A stretch of 41,197 nt of DNA. Origin: a virus (Duplodnaviria > Caudoviricetes). Positions 1 through 7,710 of the stretch are shown piece by piece; positions within the stretch are counted from its first letter, which is position 1, and every line of letters begins with the position of its first letter. The notes beneath the pieces were generated by a model. The model did not search any database. It saw nothing but the letters and a program-made list of their open reading frames with translations, and had not been told where the DNA came from. The position numbers were made by a program, and so were the translations under genes. The stretch covers positions 1 to 41,197 of the IMG/VR virus record IMGVR_UViG_3300037601_000119. The stretch is one strand, 5' to 3'.

Positions 1-1137
1 TCAAGCCTTCTTAGCTTCTTGTTTTTCTATAGGGTTTTCGGTTTCAGGCATTTCCGGTTCGGGACTATTCCGGGACTCTGAGTCAAGCGCGGCCCGCAAA
101 TCCTCCTCGAGGGCGTGGGCGTAACGCATCGTCGACCGGATGTCCTTGTGCCCGAGCAGGCTCTTGGCGAGCAGGAGATTTCGGCCCCTCCGCACGAGCT
201 GCGTGCCCGCATCATGCCGGGCCGTATGGATCAGACACCGCGCGCTCACCCCGGCGCGCCGTGCAGCGGCCCTGAGCCGCGAATGAAGGGCGCCGTAGCT
301 CACCTCGACGAGCTTGCCCGCTGGGGTTTCCTCAAACCATATCGAAGACAGCTGCGCCTCCTGGGCGCGGCCGACCCGCGCCGCGATCTCCCGTCCGTCA
401 TCCTTCCGGATCGGCAAGACGTGCGGCACATCCCCCTTGCGCGCCTCGAGCCTCAGCCGCGGCCCGTCCGGGTCGTAGGCGCGCGGGGCGAAGAACAGCT
501 CATTGAACCGCAGGCCGTAGGTCAGCAGCAGGCGAAGCGCCAGCCGGGAGACCGGTTCGCACGCATCAAGCCAGTCCTGCCGCTCTTCACTCGTGAAATA
601 CGCGATCCGTTCGGGCGGCTCTTTCAGCCGCAGATCCTTCCACGCGATCGCCGGCAGGCCCTTCACGCCCCATTTCAGTGCAGCGCGGCGCAGGATGGGA
701 CGCAGGGTTTCGATAACGTCGCGATTCACAGTCGCGTTCGATAGCGGGTAGCGCTTGGCGCTGCGTCCCTTGCCGCGCCTGTAGGTCTCCCCCCGGCGCT
801 TCTCGATCGCCTTGGCGACCGCGGGGCCGTCGATGTCGACGAGAGGAGTTTTCGGGCCAAGCAGGCGAAGGACGGTCTCGATGCGCAGCTCGACCGTGCG
901 CGATCCCGCGCGGCGGTGGCCGACCTCCTCCCACCAGCGGCCGGCCGCCTGGTCGAGGGTCATTCCCTTGGTGTGATCGATCTTCCCGCCCGATTCGGCG
1001 GCTTCGCGTCGTTTCAGGATCTCGACGCGCTCGGCCGCACGCCGCGTCGTGACCCCGGTCGAGCCGTGAAATCGTACACCTTGCCAGACGAAGTCGTAGT
1101 GCCAGAACGGGCTTTTCCCCGGCTTGTAGACGGACAT
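1..1137 (-). CDS. int: Tyrosine recombinase / phage integrase
   Basis: Catalytic motifs YGLRFNEL (R), HTARH (HxxR), LGH and RYAH (Y); N-terminal arm-binding-like segment SPFWHYDFVWQGVRFHGSTG. Confidence 0.95.
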   Translation of the reverse strand: MSVYKPGKSPFWHYDFVWQGVRFHGSTGVTTRRAAERVEILKRREAAESGGKIDHTKGMTLDQAAGRWWEEVGHRRAGSRTVELRIETVLRLLGPKTPLVDIDGPAVAKAIEKRRGETYRRGKGRSAKRYPLSNATVNRDVIETLRPILRRAALKWGVKGLPAIAWKDLRLKEPPERIAYFTSEERQDWLDACEPVSRLALRLLLTYGLRFNELFFAPRAYDPDGPRLRLEARKGDVPHVLPIRKDDGREIAARVGRAQEAQLSSIWFEETPAGKLVEVSYGALHSRLRAAARRAGVSARCLIHTARHDAGTQLVRRGRNLLLAKSLLGHKDIRSTMRYAHALEEDLRAALDSESRNSPEPEMPETENPIEKQEAKKA

Positions 1138-1379
1138 TGCGTCTCCGATTCCTCCCGCTCGAGATAGTCGCGAAGGTCGCGCTCGCCGTAGCCGCGCTCC
1201 CTGCCGCGCCGGCGCGCCCGGATGATCCCCGCTTCAGTCATTCCCCGCAGCGTCTTCTCGTCAACCCCGATCACGCCCGCGCACGTCTTCGCATTGATAA
1301 CGAGCCGGTCGGCAAAGACCTTCGCCAGCAGCGCTTCGGTGGCCGCGCCGAGCCAGATATGCGCAGGGGCGGGGGTCAT
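1014..1379 (-). CDS. Excisionase-like HTH protein overlapping the int 5' end
   Basis: ATG at 1379 is coupled to the upstream stop (ATGA); MerR/Xis-like pattern AKTCAGVIGVDEKTLRGMTEAGII...YGERDLRDYL; lies directly upstream of int. Confidence 0.7.
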   Translation of the reverse strand: MTPAPAHIWLGAATEALLAKVFADRLVINAKTCAGVIGVDEKTLRGMTEAGIIRARRRGRERGYGERDLRDYLEREESETQCPSTSRGKARSGTTTSSGKVYDFTARPGSRRGVRPSASRS

Positions 1380-1723
1380 GCGACCATCCACTTCGGCGGC
1401 ATCGGTATGTCGGCCGCCAGCGGCCGCCAGATGTGGAGACAGTAGGGATGAACGCTGATGTGATCGGTGGCCGGCAGATGAAGCTGAAATGCGACTACAT
1501 CGCCCATGGTCCGCTTCTTCACCCACTCCATCTCGATCCAGTTCGGGCAGCGGTGAGGCGTAGACACGCTCACATGCTCCCAGCCTTCGCCCGTCGAGGC
1601 GATGACATGAAGCGGCGCGCCGCAAGGCCCGCGCCCCACGTCGAACGCGCCGTTCTCATTATCACCTATCAATCCGCGAAACCGGATGCGCTGAGCCACC
1701 TTGTCGAGTTCGGATAGGTTCAT
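1376..1723 (-). CDS. Conserved phage protein (WEHVSVS...CPNWxEM...HPYCLHIW family)
   Basis: ATG at 1723 overlaps the upstream TGA; recognisable phage motif pattern. Confidence 0.75.
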   Translation of the reverse strand: MNLSELDKVAQRIRFRGLIGDNENGAFDVGRGPCGAPLHVIASTGEGWEHVSVSTPHRCPNWIEMEWVKKRTMGDVVAFQLHLPATDHISVHPYCLHIWRPLAADIPMPPKWMVA

Positions 1724-2355
1724 GCCGCCCTCGCGTGCTCGACAGCCCAGCCGCCCCACTGGTCGGCCATTGCCGCTGCGATGCCGGTGAAGAAGCGGCT
1801 GCGCTCTTTCCAGCGATCGGGGCCTGGCGACATGCGGTGAACGCGGGGCGTGCGGCCCTCGACGATGTTTGTCGGTGTCAGAGGCGGCAAGCCGCGCAGC
1901 CAGAAGCAGGTGCGCTTCGTCTCGCCATGCCCGAACTGCCACGGCTGAACCGACTGCGCCGGCTCCTGATAGTTGCGGATCCGTGCCTTCGCGTGGCGGT
2001 GCATCACCGGGTTCTCGACCGCGACACGCGGCACGGGCGCGTTCCAGAGGTCAGAGAAGAGCGCGCAGCCCGCGTCCAGCTCGCGCCACATATCCTCAAG
2101 GCTGCGGCCCGCTGGGGGCACAGACAGCCAGCGGACCCCGGAATTGCAAAGCCGGGTGCAGGGCGGGTGCGCCACGATCATCAGATCCCAGCCATCGTGC
2201 AGCACGTCGCGCACATCGCCCGTGATATGCCGGTTCGACCGGTCTTCCGCCGGCAACAGGTCGCACGACCAGGCGTCGTGTCCGCGCTCGAGAAAGGCCC
2301 GGCGCACGATGCCGGAGAATTCACACGCGACGAGAACACGAAGAGGGTCACTCAT
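1720..2355 (-). CDS. Short DNA cytosine-C5 methyltransferase-like protein
   Basis: N-terminal SAM-binding-like RVLVACEFSG, catalytic HPPC, ENP motif and KRTCFW. Confidence 0.75.
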   Translation of the reverse strand: MSDPLRVLVACEFSGIVRRAFLERGHDAWSCDLLPAEDRSNRHITGDVRDVLHDGWDLMIVAHPPCTRLCNSGVRWLSVPPAGRSLEDMWRELDAGCALFSDLWNAPVPRVAVENPVMHRHAKARIRNYQEPAQSVQPWQFGHGETKRTCFWLRGLPPLTPTNIVEGRTPRVHRMSPGPDRWKERSRFFTGIAAAMADQWGGWAVEHARAA

Positions 2356-2929
2356 GGTACTGCCCCACGGCGCTCAGAGCCGCATCACGCGCCGCTGTCA
2401 GGCGCGCCATAGCGGCCTCGCTGCCGCCACTGTCAGGATGGGCCGACTTCGCCAGCTGTCGATAGACGCGCTTGATCTCGTCTGGCGTGACGTTCTGACC
2501 CGTCAGGCCGAGCACCGTGCGCCAGTCTTCCGGTGCCGGCAGGGCCGTGAAACCCTTGAACGCCGCGCGGACAATGGTCAGCCCGCCGTGCCGCATCTCG
2601 GTGCGCCGGGCCTCCAGGACGTAGTAGATCGCCCGGACATTGTCCTCGACCTTCGTGTAGCGATCGACGGCGATGCACCGCTGCTCCCCGTCCCAGGTGA
2701 AGTAGACCGCGACGCCGGGATCTGCCGGACGGCTCTGACCGAGCGTGACGTTCGACGAGATGATGACGTCGCTGACCTTCTTGCCGGTGTCAGAGCCGAA
2801 CAGGCGCAGCGCGCCTTCGAGGTCCGTCATCGCCTTGTGCAGGGTGACGTTGAACTTCGACGCCTGTGGCCGCTCCGTCCGGGGATATCCGCCCGGCCAA
2901 GCGAGCGGGTATGCGCTGGGAGTCGTCAT
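2348..2929 (-). CDS. Phage protein with C-terminal DnaJ (J) domain
   Basis: WRTVLGL...IKRVYRQLAKSAHPDSGGS with the HPD motif; N-terminal AYPLAWP typical of phage J-domain proteins. Confidence 0.9.
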   Translation of the reverse strand: MTTPSAYPLAWPGGYPRTERPQASKFNVTLHKAMTDLEGALRLFGSDTGKKVSDVIISSNVTLGQSRPADPGVAVYFTWDGEQRCIAVDRYTKVEDNVRAIYYVLEARRTEMRHGGLTIVRAAFKGFTALPAPEDWRTVLGLTGQNVTPDEIKRVYRQLAKSAHPDSGGSEAAMARLTAARDAALSAVGQYHE

Positions 2930-4092
2930 GCTGCGTCCCTCCGCTCCGCTGCGGCGGGAAAGGCGCGGTGCAGGGCGCCGTCCAGCAGTGCCCCGGCGGC
3001 CTTCTTGCCGACGCGCAACATCTGAGGATTGCCGCCGGGGTCGTCCCCTCCGAAGCCCGCAGTCTCGCCGTTGAAGACGTCGACGCCATCGACGTCGATC
3101 GCGTCATCAAACGGCAACCACTCCCCCCACTGCTTGAAAAAGAAAGGCACGCCCGCCGCCGCGCACTGGTCCCGCAGGGACCGCGCCCAGTCCGGGTGCA
3201 TCGGCCGCGCGCCCTTGCCGGACTCGCCGCCTGCGATCACCCAGTCGAGCGTGCGGCGTTCATCGTGGACATGCGTAGGACAGCCATTTTCGTCCCACGG
3301 CCCAAATTCGTGACTGACAATAACCGCGTCCGCGAGGGGGCAGGAACATGGGTAATCGTCGGCATCACATCCCTGACAGCCCCAAGCGACATCGCCGACC
3401 TCGGCACGCGGGTCCGGCCATGCAAGCCACGGCTCAAGCCACACCGGACCGAGAAGCGGCTCGGCGGAGATGAAGCGCACCGCCGCCGGCGTCGCCAGCA
3501 GGTCGGGAATACGGCTGTCCGCCGCCGCCTGGTCCTCGACGCTCACGCCGAGCCAGACGTTAAGGAGGGGCCAGTCCGCACAGCTGGCGCGGACACGCGA
3601 CCACCAGGCATCGTCGATGCAGTGCGTCAGCAGGTAATCCGACGGGTCCAGATCATTCTCGGCTGCGCGGCGCTCGACGCCTTCGAACCACGCCCGCATC
3701 CGGTCGGGCCGCTTGGTCAGGATCAGGTAGCGGTGCTGCGGCGTCAGGGCCATCACCGCTAAGGCCCGGTCGATCGCGTCGTCGGGCACGCCCTCGGCGA
3801 ACAGATCGCCCATCGAGTTCACGAAATAGCAGCGCGGCGCCTTGGCCCGCAGCGGCGCGGTGAAGGCCGCGTCCGGCGCGATGCCGATCTTGCCGGTCCA
3901 GACCGCCTGCCCGTTCACGCGCTTCGTCGTGCCGGCATAGTGCGGCGTCTTCACATTGCCATCGAGCAGGCGTGCGGCCTGCCGCATCGCATAGCAATTC
4001 GTGCAGCCCTTCGAGACGATCTGGCACCCGACGACCGGATTCCAGGTCTCGCCCTTGAAGCCGGGCATGTGCGTCCATTCGATCTGGGTCAT
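2926..4092 (-). CDS. Phage Gp37/Gp68 (DUF5131) radical-SAM-like protein
   Basis: TWNPVVGCQIVSKGCTNCYA, FVNSMGDLF, ILTKRP, WLGVSVE, FISAEPLLG, WVIAGGESG and FFFKQWG motifs. Confidence 0.92.
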   Translation of the reverse strand: MTQIEWTHMPGFKGETWNPVVGCQIVSKGCTNCYAMRQAARLLDGNVKTPHYAGTTKRVNGQAVWTGKIGIAPDAAFTAPLRAKAPRCYFVNSMGDLFAEGVPDDAIDRALAVMALTPQHRYLILTKRPDRMRAWFEGVERRAAENDLDPSDYLLTHCIDDAWWSRVRASCADWPLLNVWLGVSVEDQAAADSRIPDLLATPAAVRFISAEPLLGPVWLEPWLAWPDPRAEVGDVAWGCQGCDADDYPCSCPLADAVIVSHEFGPWDENGCPTHVHDERRTLDWVIAGGESGKGARPMHPDWARSLRDQCAAAGVPFFFKQWGEWLPFDDAIDVDGVDVFNGETAGFGGDDPGGNPQMLRVGKKAAGALLDGALHRAFPAAAERRDAA

Positions 4093-4349
4093 GCCGCGTC
4101 CTCGGCGTGGACCTGGTCGGCGCGATCATCCATCGAGCGGGTGAAGTCCGGTCCGCTGGGCGTTTCGGCCTCGCGGCGCTCGCGGCGGATGACGTCGTCG
4201 ACCGTGGCCTGGTCGTTATAGGGGCCGATCGGCGTGCCGTCGGACCGCTGGCCCTGCCAGTCGTGGTCGTCGGAGCGCTTCCAGTCGGTGCGCACGCATT
4301 CCCGGCGCAGCGGGTTGAGCTGATCTTCGGTCATGGCGTCCTCCTTCAA
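4089..4349 (-). CDS. Hypothetical protein (start may be ATG 4334)
   Basis: Translationally coupled in the early-left operon; AAGGAGG RBS precedes ATG 4334. Confidence 0.6.
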   Translation of the reverse strand: MKEDAMTEDQLNPLRRECVRTDWKRSDDHDWQGQRSDGTPIGPYNDQATVDDVIRRERREAETPSGPDFTRSMDDRADQVHAEDAA

Positions 4350-4786
4350 CAGGCCTCGTCAAGCGCCTTCGCCCGCCGGGCGATGCGTTCGTCGAGCGTG
4401 ATCTGTTCGGCATGGGTGAGGCGGGCCCAGCTGTCGGAGCCCTTGAAGTCCTGCACGATGCGGGAGAGGCCGAGAGGGGTCTCCGCGTCGTCGATGGCGG
4501 TTTCGAACCGCTGGCGCGCCTGATCGGTCAGCTTCGCCTCGCGGCGTTCAGCCTGCTCCGGGCTCTCGGCCTGCCCGCGCATGGAGAACCACGTGTCGGG
4601 GCCAAGCTGCTTCTTCGGCTCGCCATCGGCGACAAAGACCTCCGCCTTCATCCATCCAGACAGCTGCAGCCGGTCGCCCGGCTTCACGCCCTCCGGCACG
4701 ACGATGTAGCCGGAGAAGTCCGGGGCGTTGTCGCTCTTCGCGTTGCGCTTGGGCCAGAGGCCGCCCGTGCCCTTGGTCTGGGCCAT
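4346..4786 (-). CDS. Hypothetical phage protein, possible ssDNA-binding (DUF736-like N-terminus)
   Basis: GGLWPKRNAKSDNAPDFSGYI...LSGW pattern; GGAGAG RBS. Confidence 0.55.
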   Translation of the reverse strand: MAQTKGTGGLWPKRNAKSDNAPDFSGYIVVPEGVKPGDRLQLSGWMKAEVFVADGEPKKQLGPDTWFSMRGQAESPEQAERREAKLTDQARQRFETAIDDAETPLGLSRIVQDFKGSDSWARLTHAEQITLDERIARRAKALDEAC

Positions 4787-4974
4787 CAGTTGCGCTCTCC
4801 GCAGAAATGGTCTTCGCAGAAGGCGGCGACGGCCGTTTCGGCGGCGCGCTCAGCCTGCTGCAGGCCGGACGACACGCCCGCCAGCGCGGCGAGTACGAGC
4901 ACGGCCGCGCAGATCAAGAGGGCGCGAACCCCGCGCGCGGTGAGGGGGAAGCCGTGGCGGCGGTGGCGCTTCAC
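4786..4974 (-). CDS. Small single-TM hypothetical protein
   Basis: Hydrophobic ALLICAAVLVLAALAGV; overlapping start and stop with both neighbours. Confidence 0.6.
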   Translation of the reverse strand: MKRHRRHGFPLTARGVRALLICAAVLVLAALAGVSSGLQQAERAAETAVAAFCEDHFCGERN

Positions 4975-5291
4975 GCGTCCCTCCGCCGATCAAAAGGCGT
5001 CACGCCCTCGGGCAGGATGCGGATCGGGGGCGGCGCGCCGCGGCGGCCGAAGCGCACGACATTGGTCGCGCCGGGAATGGCCTCGCTGAACACCGCGCGG
5101 GTGAGCACGAGCCGACGGCGAGCATCCTCGAGCGATTGTTCAGCCGAGGACAGGTGCGCGGTGCGGCGTTCCTTGGTCGTTACCCGCGCCCGCGCAATAC
5201 GGTCGGCGGTCATTTCCAGCCGGTCGGCGATGTTCGCCATCTCGGTCAGGATTTCGGCCTTGATCTCGTCGAGCGTCTTTGCATCGCTCAT
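4971..5291 (-). CDS. Hypothetical coiled-coil protein (start MSDAK at 5291)
   Basis: ATG overlaps the TGA of the 32-aa upstream ORF. Confidence 0.65.
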   Translation of the reverse strand: MSDAKTLDEIKAEILTEMANIADRLEMTADRIARARVTTKERRTAHLSSAEQSLEDARRRLVLTRAVFSEAIPGATNVVRFGRRGAPPPIRILPEGVTPFDRRRDA

Positions 5292-5386
5292 GACGTCACC
5301 GCCCAGATCGTGCAGGCGAGGGCGACGAAGGCGATCAGCGCGATCGCGCTTCGAAGGTCTTCCGAGGTCAGTTTGAAGGCGCGCAT
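5288..5386 (-). CDS. 32-aa membrane peptide, first gene of the PL operon (not in the ORF track)
   Basis: Hand translation MRAFKLTSEDLRSAIALIAFVALACTIWAVTS*; GGGAGAG RBS upstream; ATGA coupling to the next gene. Confidence 0.7.
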   Translation of the reverse strand: MRAFKLTSEDLRSAIALIAFVALACTIWAVTS

Positions 5387-5414
5387 CGGCGTCTCTCCCG
5401 TTCAAGATGGGAGG

Positions 5415-5457
5415 ACGCTACACAGTGTAGCGCATAAGGTCAATACATGGTGTAGCG
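5415..5457 (-). promoter_or_regulatory. PL promoter with operators OL1 and OL2
   Basis: Minus-strand TTGACC (5443-5438), 17 nt, TAGCGT (5420-5415); perfect palindrome CGCTACAC-A-GTGTAGCG (5416-5432) and CAATACATGGTGTAGCG (5441-5457). Confidence 0.88.
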
Positions 5458-5504
5458 TTTTAGGTGGCCGTGGCTATGACCACGAATCGTCATTCCTTGC
5501 TTTT

Positions 5505-5532
5505 TTGACTCTCGCCAAGCGTTCGACATGCT
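5505..5532 (+). promoter_or_regulatory. Possible promoter of the WYL-TerB gene
   Basis: TTGACT (5505-5510), 16 nt, CATGCT, preceded by a T tract; about 25 nt before ATG 5557. Confidence 0.4.
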
Positions 5533-5556
5533 TTAAGGTTGAACCGGGAGAGGGGC

Positions 5557-6333
5557 ATGGACTTCAAGCACGCATTCAGGGCTTTGACGGCGTTTACCAG
5601 TCGACGGCCGTCGGCGCCGATTCCGGTCGAGGAAATTGACACGGAAGACGAAGAGATTCTGTCGCTAGAACCCGGCGAAGAGTTCCCCGCCGAAGGCCAG
5701 TGCTTCATGATCGAGTATCGGTCGGCCGATGGTGAATTCACCCGCCGGCGGATTGTCGCTCGAACGATCCGGATCAGTGAGGCCGGCGCGCCGTTGATCG
5801 GTGCTGATTGCCTTATGCGGAAGGAATACCGGTCGTTTCGTGCCGACCGGATCGAAAGCTGCATAGATCTTGATGGCGAGGTGCATGAGCCAGCCGGCTT
5901 TCTGATCGACAATCTCGGTTTGGATATTCGAAAATACCGGGCGGAGGCGCTCGCAGACAGCTGGCGTCTAAAGCAAATGCGCGCAACGTCGGGCGACCAC
6001 GCCACTATTCTTGCAGCCCTGTCACGCTGCGATAGTTACATGCACCCAAGTGAGGTCTCGGTGGCGGCAATGCACTGCGAGCAGCTATGCGATCGGATTG
6101 GCCCGAACCTTGAAGAGTGCAACCAGCTGATCCAGCGTTTTCAACGCCTGCGTCCAAGCGATGCCGTGGTGGCAGCAGCGCTCGAGCGCGTGCTGAGCGA
6201 CCACCCGGATCGCACTCGCGCCCTTCTTGTCTCTGGAGCTCGCCTGGTGCGCGCTGATGGCATCGTGACCCCTGAAGAGGCCACGACCTTCAACGCCTTC
6301 TCAACGGAATTGATCGGGGCGCCTGTGCTCTAG
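5557..6333 (+). CDS. WYL domain + TerB-like domain protein (moron)
   Basis: WYL pattern IEYRSADGEFTRRRI...LIGADCLMRKEYRSFRADRI; TerB-like LSRCDSYMHPSE and LVRADGIVTPEE; GGGAGAGGGG RBS. Confidence 0.78.
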   Translation: MDFKHAFRALTAFTSRRPSAPIPVEEIDTEDEEILSLEPGEEFPAEGQCFMIEYRSADGEFTRRRIVARTIRISEAGAPLIGADCLMRKEYRSFRADRIESCIDLDGEVHEPAGFLIDNLGLDIRKYRAEALADSWRLKQMRATSGDHATILAALSRCDSYMHPSEVSVAAMHCEQLCDRIGPNLEECNQLIQRFQRLRPSDAVVAAALERVLSDHPDRTRALLVSGARLVRADGIVTPEEATTFNAFSTELIGAPVL

Positions 6334-6683
6334 GGTCCGGCGGCCGCAAATAGCTCCTGTTCGAGGGCGAATGTATCTCGCTCCGCGTCTGTACTCTGCA
6401 GGCACACAAGATGTTGATTTGCAGCCAGCCGCCATGTTGGCGCTGAAATGATCGTGATGCCTTGTCCGATCTCGATGCTCCCGCCTTCGTCTAGACTCTT
6501 CAGAATTGCACCGCGAACCATTCGCGCCGCATTCGCGGCTCCAAAGTTTCGCTCTGGCAAGAGGCTTGAACAGGTCGGTCGTAAATCTGCGTCGACACCA
6601 GCGTCGGTGAAAGTCTCTGCGTTCTCGGCTTTGCAGGCGGAGAGCAGAGCAGCTGCGCCGGCGATTAAAATGAAGTGTTTCAT
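6330..6683 (-). CDS. Lipoprotein downstream of the repressor (possible superinfection exclusion)
   Basis: Signal peptide II MKHFILIAGAAALLSA-C; lies 26 nt downstream of cI on the same strand. Confidence 0.75.
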   Translation of the reverse strand: MKHFILIAGAAALLSACKAENAETFTDAGVDADLRPTCSSLLPERNFGAANAARMVRGAILKSLDEGGSIEIGQGITIISAPTWRLAANQHLVCLQSTDAERDTFALEQELFAAAGP

Positions 6684-6709
6684 GCGCCCTCTTCCCTAGT
6701 AGGGACGAT

Positions 6710-7396
6710 CTAAAACTGGATCAGGGCGTGTGTCACGATCGCGACGACCGAAACCCCGTTTACGTCCGACGTGTCGCCCAAGGGGATGGGCCCGTCATGC
6801 TTGGGGTTGTGGGAGGCCGGCCAGAGCTCGGCCTTCGTGCCCGTGATCTTCAGCTGCTTGATCGTGGTTTCGTAGAGGCCGTGGCGCTCGCGCTGGCAGA
6901 GCACAAGCTTGTCCTTGCCGCGGCGGAAGAGGTCCTCGCTGTCGCGGGCCCAGTCCCAGACATCGGTACACAGGGCCAGCGAGCCTTCGCGCATGAAACG
7001 ATCGACGCTATCGCCCACCACCCTGATCCAGTATTGCCGGGCGCCCGGTATGCGGTGTTCCGCCGGCACGGGCATGCGCTCGGCATCCGCTTCTTCAACC
7101 GCTGCCACTTCCTTCCATGCTCCTGCCTGGGCCTCCCCCAGCACCGGCAAGGTCATTGTGACAGGTTCAATAAGGCCGGAATCGGGCGTTGTGCCCTTTC
7201 CTTCGAGAAGCCAGTCGAGCGTGATTTTGTACGCTCGTCGGTAGCGCTGAGCGGCATCGCGGGAAATGTCGCGCATACCGCTTTCGTGTGCGCGATACGT
7301 CACGACGTTCCAGCCGAACGCCCGCGCAGCAGCGGCGGCGGATGCGTAGCCCGCTTTTTTCCGGGCTTGAGTGAGGCGATCGCCAGGAGTGGTCAT
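6710..7396 (-). CDS. cI: CI-like repressor (XRE HTH + S24 peptidase)
   Basis: N-terminal HTH RLTQARKKAG...TYRAHESG...WLLEG; AG cleavage site AQAGAW; catalytic VVGDS (Ser) and TIK (Lys). Confidence 0.92.
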   Translation of the reverse strand: MTTPGDRLTQARKKAGYASAAAAARAFGWNVVTYRAHESGMRDISRDAAQRYRRAYKITLDWLLEGKGTTPDSGLIEPVTMTLPVLGEAQAGAWKEVAAVEEADAERMPVPAEHRIPGARQYWIRVVGDSVDRFMREGSLALCTDVWDWARDSEDLFRRGKDKLVLCQRERHGLYETTIKQLKITGTKAELWPASHNPKHDGPIPLGDTSDVNGVSVVAIVTHALIQF

Positions 7397-7418
7397 GGCG
7401 ATTTACTACGCGCGTCGG

Positions 7419-7461
7419 CGCTACATGGCGTATTGACGTGAAGCGATACACCATGTAGCGT
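7419..7461 (+). promoter_or_regulatory. PR promoter with operators OR1 and OR2
   Basis: TTGACG (7433-7438), 17 nt, TAGCGT (7456-7461); operators CGCTACATGGCGTATTG (7419-7435) and CGATACACCATGTAGCG (7444-7460) match the OL sites. Confidence 0.88.
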
Positions 7462-7467
7462 TTTCTT

Positions 7468-7710
7468 ATGAACCCTTTTCGAGACATCATCGACCGCTGG
7501 CCGTCTGCGAGCGCACTTGCCGATGACATTGGCGAGAAGTCGGTGACCGTTCGTGCTTGGCGGCTCGCTGGGCGCGGCATTCCAGCCAATCACTTTCCCG
7601 CAATCGTGGCCGCTGCGCAGAAGCGCGGCATAGACGTCACGCTTGAACAGCTTCACGAGCTGTCGCGTCCAGCCACCCCCGCCAACGATACCGCGCCGGA
7701 GGCGGCATGA
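7468..7710 (+). CDS. cro: Cro-like HTH protein
   Basis: Small HTH (SASALADDIGEKSVTVRAWR...IP) divergent from cI. Confidence 0.85.
   Translation: MNPFRDIIDRWPSASALADDIGEKSVTVRAWRLAGRGIPANHFPAIVAAAQKRGIDVTLEQLHELSRPATPANDTAPEAA

Noticed and set aside
5391-5416. CTCCC/GGGAG hairpin that could sequester the first PL RBS
   Set aside because: The predicted TSS (about 5408) lies within the repeat, so the 5' arm would mostly not be transcribed.
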